Origin: Verrucomicrobiota bacterium
Lineage (GTDB): Bacteria > Verrucomicrobiota > Verrucomicrobiia > Verrucomicrobiales > DEV007
Length of the DNA stretch: 64,000 nt
Reading direction: 5' to 3'
Assembly: GCA_045046875.1 (NCBI GenBank)
Contig: JASFYY010000002.1
Coordinates: 40,189-104,188 of the forward strand
Shown here one piece after another: positions 19,658 to 30,256 of the stretch; the first letter of the stretch is position 1, and each line of letters starts with the position of its first letter. The notes under the pieces were generated by a model, which was not told the origin of the DNA, did not search any database, and saw only the letters and a list, made by a program, of their open reading frames with translations. The position numbers were made by a program, and so were the translations under genes.

Positions 19658-20899
19658 ATGTCACAAGTACTAACACCCAATTCAAAAAAAAGCAGTTCGG
19701 CCTCATCATCTAACTCAATTGCAAAAGCGTCTGATTTGTCGCAAGGTGCAATGAGTTCTCCTAAAATATCACAAAACGAGGAACAAAAAACTCAGGCGAG
19801 TTCGAGCACAGAGACTAAAAAAAGTAATAACGATCTTAAGAAAATGGCAGCAAACGAAAAAAAGGCAAAAGCAGCAGTAACAGCGGAAAAAAGCAGGCTT
19901 GCAACCGCCCGGGGTAAAAACCTGGATTTAGCTATTTCACAAATTCAAAAAGATTTTGGCGAAGGTGCTATCATGCGTTTGGGTGAACACACCCGTGTAG
20001 ATGTAGATGTGATACCCACCGGTAATTTGTTGATTGATAGGGCTCTTGGAGTAGGTGGTTTTCCCCGTGGCCGTATTATTGAAGTTTATGGACCGGAATC
20101 TTCAGGTAAAACGACGCTTTGTTTGACTGCGATTGCTCAAGCTCAAAAACAGGGCGGTTTGGCAGGTTTTGTTGATGTTGAACATGCACTGGATCCTCAA
20201 TATTCGAAAAGACTTGGAGTTAACCTGGATGAATTGTTGGTTTCACAGCCAAGTTCGGGGGAAGAAGCTTTGCGTATCGTAGAAACCCTTGTGCGTTCCA
20301 ATGCTTTAGATGTGATTGTTTTAGATTCGGTAGCAGCTTTAGTCACCAAACAGGAATTAGATGGTGAAATTGGTGATACGACAGTTGGGGCTCAAGCTCG
20401 ATTGATGAGTGCTGCAATGAGAAAGCTAACCTCATTAATAGCTAAAGCTAGAACCACTGTAATATTTACTAATCAGATTCGTGAAAAAATCGGTGTGATG
20501 TTTGGTAATCCAGAAACCACACCAGGAGGCCGGGCACTCAAATTCTATAGCAGTGTTCGCTGTGATATTCGTCGCATAGGAGCAATCAAAGCTTCAGACG
20601 GTTCTATGATTGGTAATCGAACCCGGGTGAAAGTGGTAAAAAATAAAGTAGCACCGCCTTATGGTGAAGCTGAATTTGATATCATGTTCAATGAAGGTAT
20701 TTCAGCGGTTGGGTCGCTGTTGGATTTGGCAATTGAGCATGAAATTTTACAGAAACGTGGTTCATGGTTCAGTTATAAAGGAACTCAATTGGCACAAGGT
20801 CGCGATGCAGCAAAAGAAGCGTTAAAAGCAGATGAAATTCTTTACGCTGAAATAGAGGTGGCTGTGAAAGCTAAAATGGACGACCTCGATCAAGAGTAA
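19658..20899 (+). CDS. recA: Recombinase RecA (alternative start 19844)
   Basis: [47 protein letters not shown]. Confidence 0.98.
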   Translation: MSQVLTPNSKKSSSASSSNSIAKASDLSQGAMSSPKISQNEEQKTQASSSTETKKSNNDLKKMAANEKKAKAAVTAEKSRLATARGKNLDLAISQIQKDFGEGAIMRLGEHTRVDVDVIPTGNLLIDRALGVGGFPRGRIIEVYGPESSGKTTLCLTAIAQAQKQGGLAGFVDVEHALDPQYSKRLGVNLDELLVSQPSSGEEALRIVETLVRSNALDVIVLDSVAALVTKQELDGEIGDTTVGAQARLMSAAMRKLTSLIAKARTTVIFTNQIREKIGVMFGNPETTPGGRALKFYSSVRCDIRRIGAIKASDGSMIGNRTRVKVVKNKVAPPYGEAEFDIMFNEGISAVGSLLDLAIEHEILQKRGSWFSYKGTQLAQGRDAAKEALKADEILYAEIEVAVKAKMDDLDQE

Positions 20900-20984
20900 G
20901 TAGGGTCGATCGTTAAAAACAGATAATTAGAAAAATACGTCCAGTGAACTAACTAAAATAGTAACCAGTAAATAAATCATAAAA

Positions 20985-21242
20985 ATGACAAACGCCACCA
21001 GTATGTATCCACAGCACCTGAAAAGCAGGAAAACGCATAACTCAAAATCTGTAGATTCAATAAAAATTGATAACCGCACTTTATGTTTTTTTGTTTTGGT
21101 TGCACCGATGGCAGTGTTAATGGGTTGGGTGCTGGTAGCTGTGTGTTTGACAGGCACATGGACCTGGCAACTGCCTTTAGGTTTGGTATTTTCGCTGGTA
21201 GGATCAATGTTGGCGATGATCAGCACCCTTATACGAAGGTGA
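20985..21242 (+). CDS. Small two-TM hypothetical protein
   Basis: 85-aa ORF with a basic N-terminus and two hydrophobic segments, co-oriented with recA. Confidence 0.5.
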   Translation: MTNATSMYPQHLKSRKTHNSKSVDSIKIDNRTLCFFVLVAPMAVLMGWVLVAVCLTGTWTWQLPLGLVFSLVGSMLAMISTLIRR

Positions 21243-21529
21243 GAGCTTAGAGGCAACTCAACTTTTTAAGTTTGCTTGAAGTCCTTAGCTGATCATTAAG
21301 GTAAATTAGTAATAATTTAATTTTTAACGCTATTGATTAAATATAATTAGATACTGCCTTAGAGAAGAACAATATCATGATCATTGATTCGGAGGCAAAC
21401 ACAGAAAAGATAGAAAAAGGAAGTGTAAAAACCGGTGTTTATCTGGGTTTTCAGTGGTTATATTCATAATTAAAAAAATATCGCACAGTAAGAAATGTGT
21501 TAGATATTTTTTAATTTTAACAGGACATT

Positions 21530-22432
21530 ATGAATGTACATCATCTTGAGCTTTTTTATTATGTGGCAAAATACGAAGGTATCACACCAGCTGTGAGGCG
21601 CATGCCCTATGGGATTCAGCAACCAGCGGTGAGTGGCCAGATGTTGAACCTTGAACGCTCACTGGGAACGCCGTTGTTTCATCGTCGACCTTTTGTTTTA
21701 ACTGCAGCGGGTGAACAACTGTATAATTATGTTTATCCCTTTTTCTCACGAATGGAAGAAGTGCGCAGTCAAGTCTGTGGGGAAGGCACGGATCATTTGC
21801 GCTTAGCAGCTCCGACTTCTGTATTGGCAAATCACTTACCGGGAGTTTTAGGGCAGTTACGCAAGGAATACCCGGCATTACGATTGACTTTACGTGAACT
21901 TCCAGCTCCGGGCGCGGAATCAGCTCTATTAAAACAAGAAGCGGATATTGCGGTCACTCTTTGTGATGAAAAAGTGTCAGCGAGTGTGCAGATAGAAAAA
22001 CTAATCCAATTGCCGCTTATTTTGTTGGTGCAGAAGGGTAATAAAAAATATTCCCCCAGAAGTTTTCAAGAATTAGAAAAAAAAGCCAAAGATGGGGATT
22101 ATAGAATTGATCAGCCGCTGGTCTCTCTATTGCCAGGAGAAACCGTAGCTCGATTATTTCAAAAGGGTTTGGAAGATCGAAGTTTGATTTGGAATCCGGC
22201 AGTTGAGGTCACTACTTTAGAGTTAGTGATGTCTTATGTGGCACAGGGTTTTGGATATGGTCTGTCGGTGGCGATGCCCCAGATGAAATTACCAGCTAAT
22301 GTGATTAGCCAGCCTTTGGATAAGTTTCCCAGCTTGGAAATAGGTTTGATGCATACAGGTAAATTGCAGCCTGTGGGAGAGCGTTTTATAGAGATTGTTC
22401 GTACCTACACCAATCAAATGATGGAAAAATAA
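21530..22432 (+). CDS. LysR family transcriptional regulator
   Basis: N-terminal HTH (QQPAVSGQM..LE..LG..LF.R..LT.AG) plus substrate-binding domain. Confidence 0.93.
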   Translation: MNVHHLELFYYVAKYEGITPAVRRMPYGIQQPAVSGQMLNLERSLGTPLFHRRPFVLTAAGEQLYNYVYPFFSRMEEVRSQVCGEGTDHLRLAAPTSVLANHLPGVLGQLRKEYPALRLTLRELPAPGAESALLKQEADIAVTLCDEKVSASVQIEKLIQLPLILLVQKGNKKYSPRSFQELEKKAKDGDYRIDQPLVSLLPGETVARLFQKGLEDRSLIWNPAVEVTTLELVMSYVAQGFGYGLSVAMPQMKLPANVISQPLDKFPSLEIGLMHTGKLQPVGERFIEIVRTYTNQMMEK

Positions 22433-22455
22433 AAAAGGGTGAACGGATAACCGAA

Positions 22456-23292
22456 TCAGTGGAAATCTACTAATGTTCTTTCACGCCTTGAAAAATGTGC
22501 GGTCTGTTTATAGCCAACTTTTTTGACTAAATCGATGGCTAGATCAAAATCTACTCCGACTTCTTCAGGTCGATGGGCGTCAGAGCTGATGACAATGGGA
22601 ATGTTAGCTTGAAAAGCGAGTTCAATAAATTCACGGGAAGGATAGATTTCTTTACAGGCTTTACGCAGTCCTGCAGTGCTGACTTCTATAGCCAGGTTGT
22701 TTGCTGCGATGACTTCGATGGTGGGTTCGTAAAAGCGTTTGAGGTCGCCTTTTGGACGGTGGCCAAATTTTTTGACCAGATCAGGATGGGCGAGGAAGTC
22801 AAAAAGACCTGAAGAAGCACATTGGCGGTATAAGTGCCAATATTTCTCCCAAATCTCATCTATACAGCCCTTCCAGCGCTTCTTCCACTTGGGATCAGGG
22901 TCATCTACAGCCCAGTCAGGTTCAAGGTAGTGAACGCTGCCAATTAAATAATCGAAATTTGCTTGTTGGGAGAGTTTATCAATCCAGTTTTCCTGACCAG
23001 GGATAAAATCACATTCCAAACCGAGCCGGATGATGAGTTTATCGGAAAATTGCTGTTGGCTTGCTTTAATTAGATCCAGGTAGCGTGGAAATTCGTCATA
23101 TGCCATACGCCAGTCGTCGAATTGTTCAGCCATTGGGTTGTGGTCGGAGAAGCCTATTTCTACTAAACCGCGTTTGATAGCCGCTTTAGCATAGGCATCG
23201 GGCCAGCCTTCAGCGTGTTTGCACAGAGGGGTGTGCAAGTGGTAATCAGCGGGAGAGTGATTTGTATTTGGTGGAATCATGAAAAAAGGCAA
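22456..23292 (-). CDS. PHP-family histidinol-phosphatase (HisJ/HisK-like)
   Basis: DYHLHT, SDH, GLECD, IGSVH, AHPDL, SSDAH. Confidence 0.88.
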   Translation of the reverse strand: MPFFMIPPNTNHSPADYHLHTPLCKHAEGWPDAYAKAAIKRGLVEIGFSDHNPMAEQFDDWRMAYDEFPRYLDLIKASQQQFSDKLIIRLGLECDFIPGQENWIDKLSQQANFDYLIGSVHYLEPDWAVDDPDPKWKKRWKGCIDEIWEKYWHLYRQCASSGLFDFLAHPDLVKKFGHRPKGDLKRFYEPTIEVIAANNLAIEVSTAGLRKACKEIYPSREFIELAFQANIPIVISSDAHRPEEVGVDFDLAIDLVKKVGYKQTAHFSRRERTLVDFH

Positions 23293-23430
23293 CGAAGAAT
23301 AGGAATATTTGGAATTAAATAAATTTTTACTAAAGAGTAGTTTTTGCTTGCAAGATAGGCAAAAAAAGGGTGAAATGCATAGTTCCAGACCTTTAATGAT
23401 GTTTGGGGTAGTAAAAATTTTAAAATTTCT

Positions 23431-24288
23431 ATGATGAAAAAAGCATTTGCCGTATTTACAGCTATAATTTTAATGCCAAGCTTGAACGCTCACGCTTGGG
23501 TAGGGGGACCTTGGTCGGGTAATAATTCTTCTCAATCGGGAGACGATGGGATTTATGAAGCGGTTGCGACAATGACAAATGGTACCGGCTTGTATCGCTG
23601 GGCAGTGAGAAATAATTCAATATCGTCTACTTCTAATCAAAGTACAGTATCAAGTCCTACTGCACCTCAATCTTCTAATGTATTATTCGGTGGGGGGATA
23701 TTAGGGGCGCAATCTTCAAATGTTTGGTATTACAGAGGCGTGGTCTATTATGGGCCTGTTTTTGGTGTAGTAAATTCTGCAATGGGCATAGTAACAGCAG
23801 TAGCAAATGCCGCTACAAATACGGATACACAGGCATTTTCGGGTGCAGAGAATACTTTCAATAGCACAGCATTAGCGGGGCCACCAGCAGGCGGAGATTC
23901 TTCTCCAAATGTCATCGTAACCCCAGGCACACCAGGTGACCCGACTGCCACTCCGCCAATTGCACCTACACCCGGAAGTGTAGTAGTGGTTCCTGCAGGA
24001 GGCTTGGCTCAGCAAAATATAGGCTTTGCTAATTCAACTTTCATGGCAAAAATAAAAACAAAAGCTCCCGTAAAAAGATTCAGTGGTTCAGGGACAATTA
24101 CTTTTTCAGGAGTTCCTGATAATGTGAGTAGATCTTTTACATTTACGGGCACAACCGTACCTTCCGGCAGTGCTATTAGTGAAACGATACTTTCGACAGG
24201 AGGAGAAGATTCAAGCTTTCCTCAAAGGGGGCATGTGCGTAAGTTCAAAGTGATTGGAACGCAAGTGTCTACGCAAGTATTGCCATAA
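23431..24288 (+). CDS. Secreted hypothetical protein, Ser/Thr/Gly/Pro-rich
   Basis: Signal peptide ending AHA-W; 285-aa ORF followed by a terminator; no family recognised. Confidence 0.75.
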   Translation: MMKKAFAVFTAIILMPSLNAHAWVGGPWSGNNSSQSGDDGIYEAVATMTNGTGLYRWAVRNNSISSTSNQSTVSSPTAPQSSNVLFGGGILGAQSSNVWYYRGVVYYGPVFGVVNSAMGIVTAVANAATNTDTQAFSGAENTFNSTALAGPPAGGDSSPNVIVTPGTPGDPTATPPIAPTPGSVVVVPAGGLAQQNIGFANSTFMAKIKTKAPVKRFSGSGTITFSGVPDNVSRSFTFTGTTVPSGSAISETILSTGGEDSSFPQRGHVRKFKVIGTQVSTQVLP

Positions 24289-24320
24289 CATTTAGTCCTA
24301 CAGCAACTAATAGAAGATAT

Positions 24321-24353
24321 GGCTCAGTGGTTGATATTACCGCTGGGCTTTTT
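24321..24353 (+). terminator. Intrinsic terminator
   Basis: GGCTCAGTGGT/ACCGCTGGGCT stem followed by a T-tract. Confidence 0.7.
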
Positions 24354-24402
24354 CGTATAAGGCTTGTAGAACTGAAATTGACTTAACGGTGAGATCAGGG
24401 CT

Positions 24403-24912
24403 ATGAAACTGGGAACAGCTAAGAACCGTAGAGCTTTTACTTTAATAGAGCTTTTAGTCGTAATGGTCGTCATTGCTGTTCTAGTTTCTATTGGTGTGCC
24501 AAGTTACCAGTCGCAAAAACGGAGTGCTGAAAGAGCTGTCTGTATGTCTCAAATGCGTACGATCCATGTGGCTTTGGATAATTACATAACAGAAAATAAC
24601 CATTGGCCACAAATACCTACTGGTATATTTGAATCAGATAATGAGTCGGATTTTTGGAAGTGGTGGATTTTGACTCTTGAGCCTTACGGAGCAGGTGAGC
24701 AAATTTGGCTATGCCCTTCGGATAAGGTGCGAAAGGAATCTGAAGATGAGTATAATGGCTCATATTTGCCTACTAAATTCGATGCACATCATCACACACC
24801 TTATCGCTGGGCGGCACAACCGTGGTTATTAGAACGGGGTGATTTGCACAAAAAAGGAGCGCATATATTGATGCTTGATGGGTCTATACACAGTTCGAGA
24901 GATGCTTATTAA
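24403..24912 (+). CDS. Prepilin-type N-terminal cleavage/methylation protein with H-X9-DG C-terminal motif
   Basis: RRAFTLIELLVVMVVIAVL, CPSD, HKKGAHILMLDG. Confidence 0.9.
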   Translation: MKLGTAKNRRAFTLIELLVVMVVIAVLVSIGVPSYQSQKRSAERAVCMSQMRTIHVALDNYITENNHWPQIPTGIFESDNESDFWKWWILTLEPYGAGEQIWLCPSDKVRKESEDEYNGSYLPTKFDAHHHTPYRWAAQPWLLERGDLHKKGAHILMLDGSIHSSRDAY

Positions 24913-25192
24913 TCAGAACTGTTTTTTAAATTATTTTGCGAAGCGGCGGAATTGAGTTGCAAATTCCATTTTTTGGAGAGAACTGGATGACGTGTGAGTT
25001 AGTTTGTGCAAACGCGAGCATAGAGTGGTTTGAATATCAAAAAAGCGCGGGGGAGGGTTACGCAGAGTCCAGTATTGGGAGCAAGATGATGCACAGCGGC
25101 ATACATCAGGGCCGTAAAGTCGTCAATTTCCTCTTAAGGTGAAACTAGAGTTGAGACGCTAGTTACTTGTTTAGAAATTTAATACAGTCACG

Positions 25193-28100
25193 TCACATCT
25201 GGTGATGATCTTGAAGGGCGGTTACGTTGACACCACTTTTTTGCACGGAACGAATAGCGGCGATGCTGGCTCGAGCACCGCGTAGGGTGGTCATGATGGG
25301 GATGCGGTGAGTGATCGCGCCACTGCGGATACGCACTTCGTCCTGGCGTGGGATGCGTCCACTCGGAGTGTTGATGATGAAGGAAATCTCCTCGTTCTTG
25401 ATCATGTCTAGAACGTTGGGTCGACCTTCGGACAATTTGAATAATTTATTAACCGGTATATTGGCTTCATTGAGTGCATGGGCAGTGCCTGAGGTAGAAT
25501 AGATGGTAAAACCGGCTTCAGAAAACTCGCGGGCAATGTCGAGGACATCAGATTTGTCAGAATCCTTAACACTAACAAATATATTGCCCTTGAGAGGCAG
25601 TGAAGCAGAAGCGGCCATTTGTGATTTGGCATAAGCGATACCAAAATCTTTATCGATGCCCATCACTTCACCGGTGGACTTCATTTCAGGGCCAAGAACA
25701 ATGTCGATGCCAGGAAATTTGCTAAAGGGAAAAACGGCTTCTTTAACTGAGTAATGGGGAGGATAGATTTCTTCGGTAAATCCGATCTCTTTCAAACTTT
25801 CTCCCGCCATAACCCGGGCGGCGTATTTGGCTAAAGGAATTCCTAGTGCTTTGCTGACAAAGGGAACGGTACGTGACGCCCGGGGATTAACTTCAATGAC
25901 ATAGAGTTCATTGTCTTTAACGGCGAATTGGATATTCATCAATCCGCAGACTTTGAGTTCTTTTGCCAAAGCTTTGGTAGCTTGGAAAATTTTATCTTTC
26001 ATCGAGTCATCGATGGAGAATGGGGGAATGACACAAGCGCTGTCACCGCTGTGAATACCCGCTTGCTCGATGTGTTCCATGATGGCTCCGATCACAGAGG
26101 TTTCGCCATCGGATATGCAATCGACGTCTATTTCGGTGGCATCTTCGAGGAAGCGATCGACTAGCACGGGACGTTCCGGGCTGGCTTCGACGGCAGTGCG
26201 CATGTAATGGCGCAGTTCTTCATCGTTGTGAACGATCATCATTGCGCGTCCGCCTAAAACAAATGATGGCCTAACAAGTACAGGGTAGGATATTCTTTGA
26301 GCGACAACTACAGCTTCTTCTTCCGAGGTGGCGGTTCCAGCTTCGGCTTGTCGCAGTCCTAGTTTATCCAGCAGAGCACTGAAATATTTACGGTCTTCGG
26401 CTAATTCGATGCTTTCGGGTGAGGTTCCGATGATGTTGGCTCCATGTCGCTTGAGGTCGGCGGCCAGGTTGAGTGGTGTTTGTCCACCAAACTGGACAAT
26501 GATTCCCCAGCAGTCTTCTTGCTCGTAAATATTGAGTACATCCTCGAGCGTGAGAGGTTCAAAATACAACTTGTCACTGGTATCGTAGTCGGTGGAAACA
26601 GTTTCCGGGTTTGAGTTGACCATGATGGTCTCGAAACCTTGTTCTTTTAGTGCGAAGGAGGCGTGCACGCAGCAGTAATCAAATTCGATGCCTTGTCCGA
26701 TACGGTTAGGGCCACCACCGAGGATCATTACCCGTCGTTTGTCACCTCCGCGAGCTTCGTTTTCATCTCCATATGTGGAGTAATAATAGGGGGTGTAAGC
26801 TTCGAATTCTGCAGCGCAAGTATCGACGAGTCGGTAGGTGGGCACCACGCCTGCTTTTTTGCGTGCGGCGCGCACGTCATCGTTGCTTTGTTGGGTCAGG
26901 TAGGCAATTTGCGGGTCTGAGTAGCCTAGTTTTTTGGCTTTTTTGAAGTCGAGTGTTTCGAGAGATTTGCCTTTAAATTCATCATCAGCCAGGCAGATTT
27001 GCTGTAGGTGGCCAAGGAACCAGCGGTCAATTTTAGTGAGTTCAAATACTTCTTCAATGGTGAAGCCGGCATCAAAAGCATATCGCAGATAAAAAATACG
27101 ATGTTCGTTGGGGGTGGTGAGCTTGGCGGTGATGGCTTCCCGGTCTAGGTTTTTAGGATCTTTGCCGTCGGCACCAAAACCAAAACGCCCGATTTCGAGG
27201 GAGCGCAGGGCTTTTTGCATTGATTCTTTGAAAGTACGTCCAATGGCCATGGCCTCGCCGACACTTTTCATCTGGGTGGTGAGAGTGGGATCCGCATCGG
27301 GAAATTTTTCGAAGGTGAAGCGCGGCAGTTTGACTACGCAGTAGTCGATGGTGGGCTCGAAACTAGCCGGGGTTTCACGGGTGATGTCGTTGCGTATTTC
27401 GTCCAGGGTATAACCAACAGCCAGTTTGGCGGCAATTTTAGCTATGGGGAAACCGGTTGCCTTGGAAGCGAGAGCAGAAGAACGGGAGACCCGTGGGTTC
27501 ATCTCGATGACGATCATACGTCCGGTGTTGGGTTCTACGGCAAATTGGATATTGGAGCCGCCGGTCTCTACGCCAATCTCACGAATACAGGCAAAAGAGG
27601 CGTCGCGCATGATTTGGTATTCGCGATCGGTGAGAGTTTGGATAGGTGCTACGGTGATGGAATCGCCGGTGTGTACGCCCATCGGGTCGAGGTTTTCAAT
27701 CGAACAGATGACCACGCAGTTGTCATTGCAGTCGCGCATGACTTCGATTTCAAATTCCTTCCATCCTAGTAGAGATTCTTCGACTAGGACTTCACTGACA
27801 GGGGAGAGGTCAATGCCGCGGGTGACAATTTCTTCAAACTCTTCACGATTGTATGCGATGCCACCTCCTGCACCACCCAAGGTGTAAGCAGGCCGGATGA
27901 TCATTGGAAAGTTGCCAATTTCTTTAGCAATCACATTGGCTTCGGTCATGGTGTGTGCCACTCCAGATTGTGGTAAGTCCAAACCGATTTTGAGCATGGC
28001 TTCTTTAAATAGAAGGCGATCTTCACCTTTCTCGATCGCTTCGGCATTGGCTCCGATGAGTTTTACCCCTGCTTTGTCGAGGAATCCATCTCGCACCAGG

Positions 28101-28402
28101 TCCATCGCGGCATTGAGCGCGGTTTGGCCTCCCAAGGTGGGCAACAAGGCGTCGGGTTTTTCCACGTCGATGATCTTTTTGATCATTTCCGGGGTGATCG
28201 GCTCGATATAGGTCCGAGCTGCAAACTCAGGATCGGTCATGATGGTGGCCGGATTGGAATTAACCAATACTACTGTGTAACCTTCTTCTTGTAGGGCTTT
28301 GCAAGCTTGTACCCCGGAATAGTCAAATTCGCAGCCTTGTCCGATGACAATAGGTCCGGATCCAATGAGAAGTATTTTTTTGATCGATTCGTCGCGTGGC
28401 AT
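25193..28402 (-). CDS. carB: Carbamoyl-phosphate synthase large subunit
   Basis: [36 protein letters not shown], duplicated ATP-grasp domains, MGS domain. Confidence 0.99.
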   Translation of the reverse strand: MPRDESIKKILLIGSGPIVIGQGCEFDYSGVQACKALQEEGYTVVLVNSNPATIMTDPEFAARTYIEPITPEMIKKIIDVEKPDALLPTLGGQTALNAAMDLVRDGFLDKAGVKLIGANAEAIEKGEDRLLFKEAMLKIGLDLPQSGVAHTMTEANVIAKEIGNFPMIIRPAYTLGGAGGGIAYNREEFEEIVTRGIDLSPVSEVLVEESLLGWKEFEIEVMRDCNDNCVVICSIENLDPMGVHTGDSITVAPIQTLTDREYQIMRDASFACIREIGVETGGSNIQFAVEPNTGRMIVIEMNPRVSRSSALASKATGFPIAKIAAKLAVGYTLDEIRNDITRETPASFEPTIDYCVVKLPRFTFEKFPDADPTLTTQMKSVGEAMAIGRTFKESMQKALRSLEIGRFGFGADGKDPKNLDREAITAKLTTPNEHRIFYLRYAFDAGFTIEEVFELTKIDRWFLGHLQQICLADDEFKGKSLETLDFKKAKKLGYSDPQIAYLTQQSNDDVRAARKKAGVVPTYRLVDTCAAEFEAYTPYYYSTYGDENEARGGDKRRVMILGGGPNRIGQGIEFDYCCVHASFALKEQGFETIMVNSNPETVSTDYDTSDKLYFEPLTLEDVLNIYEQEDCWGIIVQFGGQTPLNLAADLKRHGANIIGTSPESIELAEDRKYFSALLDKLGLRQAEAGTATSEEEAVVVAQRISYPVLVRPSFVLGGRAMMIVHNDEELRHYMRTAVEASPERPVLVDRFLEDATEIDVDCISDGETSVIGAIMEHIEQAGIHSGDSACVIPPFSIDDSMKDKIFQATKALAKELKVCGLMNIQFAVKDNELYVIEVNPRASRTVPFVSKALGIPLAKYAARVMAGESLKEIGFTEEIYPPHYSVKEAVFPFSKFPGIDIVLGPEMKSTGEVMGIDKDFGIAYAKSQMAASASLPLKGNIFVSVKDSDKSDVLDIAREFSEAGFTIYSTSGTAHALNEANIPVNKLFKLSEGRPNVLDMIKNEEISFIINTPSGRIPRQDEVRIRSGAITHRIPIMTTLRGARASIAAIRSVQKSGVNVTALQDHHQM

Positions 28403-28574
28403 AGTGACGAAAATGAAAACCGTTCACTCGCATTACCCTGTGCTTTTGTAAAGCAGGAAGGAGGAGAGAAAAGCATTTCTTTGCCTTTGCGTAATGTATG
28501 CCAAACGCTATTCTTGTAAGAATTGAGATACAACAGCGACATAAAGCGACACGAGCATTGAATAGACGTTTGAA

Positions 28575-29372
28575 ATGGTCAGATTAATAGAAATGACAGG
28601 GTCACTGGTGACTCGTTTTTTACGTTATCAGGGGGAAGTTGCGCTCCTGATGGTAGAAACGGCAAAAGCCTTGGTATTGGGTAAAGTTCGCTGGCGTCTG
28701 GTGGGCCAGCAGGTGGTATCCATTGGTTTTGGTTCGCAGTTGGTGGTGATCGTTACCGGAGCATTTACCGGGGCGGTTTTTGCAGCGCAAAGTTACTTTA
28801 AGTTCAGTGAATTTGGTATGGATTCGGCAGTGGGTGCCGTGGTTTCAATTTCGATGTGCCGGGAATTGGGGCCTGTGCTGACTGGTTTGATGGTAGCTGG
28901 TCGAGTGGGAGCTTCGATGGCAGCGGAGATTGGTACGATGAAAGTGACCGAGCAGGTTGATGCGCTACGGGCGATGGGGGTTCATCCGATTGATTACCTG
29001 GTGGTTCCGCGAACGATTGCGATTATGGTGTCAATGCCCTTGTTGGTGGCTGAGGCGATTGGCTTTGGCATGGTGGCGTCGCATATTACCGTTGTATATG
29101 GCTTTAAAGTGCCAGGCGCTTGGTACATGCACCATGTGGTGGAGCATACCGAGTTGATTGATATTTCCATTGGCATGATCAAAGGTTTTGTTTTCAGTAT
29201 TTTGATTGTGATGGTTTCCTGTCACCAGGGTTTGAGAGCCAGCAATGGGGCGGTGGGGGTGGGCAAGGGAACAACGGCTGCTGTGGTGGTTTCTTCGTTA
29301 GCTCTTTTGGTATTTAATTTTTTCCTTACTTTGATTTTAAATTATATGTCACCTTTGGGCCCGAGTGGATGA
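28575..29372 (+). CDS. mlaE: MlaE family ABC permease
   Basis: RELGPVLTGLMVAGRVG, AEIGTMKVTEQVDAL. Confidence 0.93.
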   Translation: MVRLIEMTGSLVTRFLRYQGEVALLMVETAKALVLGKVRWRLVGQQVVSIGFGSQLVVIVTGAFTGAVFAAQSYFKFSEFGMDSAVGAVVSISMCRELGPVLTGLMVAGRVGASMAAEIGTMKVTEQVDALRAMGVHPIDYLVVPRTIAIMVSMPLLVAEAIGFGMVASHITVVYGFKVPGAWYMHHVVEHTELIDISIGMIKGFVFSILIVMVSCHQGLRASNGAVGVGKGTTAAVVVSSLALLVFNFFLTLILNYMSPLGPSG

Positions 29373-30199
29373 CGATGAGTGTTCCAATTTCCAATTCTAT
29401 GAATAAAGAGCAGCTTCCTGAAAAACCGTGTGCGGACAGGTTGCAGGGAAAAAACTTCTTTGAGGTGAGAGATTTGTACAAAAGCATTGGGGATCAGGAG
29501 ATTTTGCGCGGTGTAAATCTGAATATCCGCAAAGGAGAAACGATGGTGGTCATTGGGCGCAGTGGAGAGGGGAAAAGCGTGTTTTTGAAACATCTGATAG
29601 GTCTGATGACACCTAGTGCGGGCAGTATTTTAGTGGAAGGGAAAGAGTTGGTGGGTTTAAAAGAAAGGCAAATGCGTGATATACGGCGCAAGGTGGGGAT
29701 TTTGTTTCAGGATGGGGCTTTGTTTGATTCGATGACAGTGGCTGAGAATGTGGCTTTTCCTTTGATCGAGTTGGGAATTAAGGATCGTGAAATTTTATTA
29801 CAACGGGTGGGCGAGGCTCTGGAGAAGGTGGAATTGGTGCCACATATGGCTAAAATGCCGATCAACATCTCCGGGGGGATGCGTAAACGAGTATCTTTGG
29901 CGCGAGCGATCATAGCGGAGCCGCAGTGTATATTATATGACGAGCCGACTTCCGGTTTGGACCCAGTGGTGTCTGAAAGTATTGACCGTTTGATTCGTCG
30001 TATGCAAAAGGATTTGTGTGTGACCTCTTTGGTGGTGACGCATGATATGAACAGCGTGTTTCGCATAGCCGATCGTGTGGCGTATTTGCGCGAGGGGAAA
30101 ATATATTTTCTGGGTACTCCGCAGGAATTACGCGACAGTAAGGATCGATATGTGAGGAGTTTTGTGGAAGGCAGGCCGGTTGAGAAGGAAGATGCATGA
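29369..30199 (+). CDS. mlaF: MlaF family ABC ATPase
   Basis: GRSGEGKS, FQDGALFDS, ISGGMRKRV, LYDEPTSGLDP, VTHD. Confidence 0.93.
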   Translation: MTMSVPISNSMNKEQLPEKPCADRLQGKNFFEVRDLYKSIGDQEILRGVNLNIRKGETMVVIGRSGEGKSVFLKHLIGLMTPSAGSILVEGKELVGLKERQMRDIRRKVGILFQDGALFDSMTVAENVAFPLIELGIKDREILLQRVGEALEKVELVPHMAKMPINISGGMRKRVSLARAIIAEPQCILYDEPTSGLDPVVSESIDRLIRRMQKDLCVTSLVVTHDMNSVFRIADRVAYLREGKIYFLGTPQELRDSKDRYVRSFVEGRPVEKEDA

Positions 30200-30256
30200 A
30201 ATAGCACGTGCTTGCCGAGTTATCCAAGCGATGTAAATTTATAAATTAAGAATCAG

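Noticed and set aside
24913..25192. Small ORF (24936-25142) or ncRNA between the prepilin gene and carB
   Set aside because: TTG start, no recognisable motif, no convincing stems by eye.
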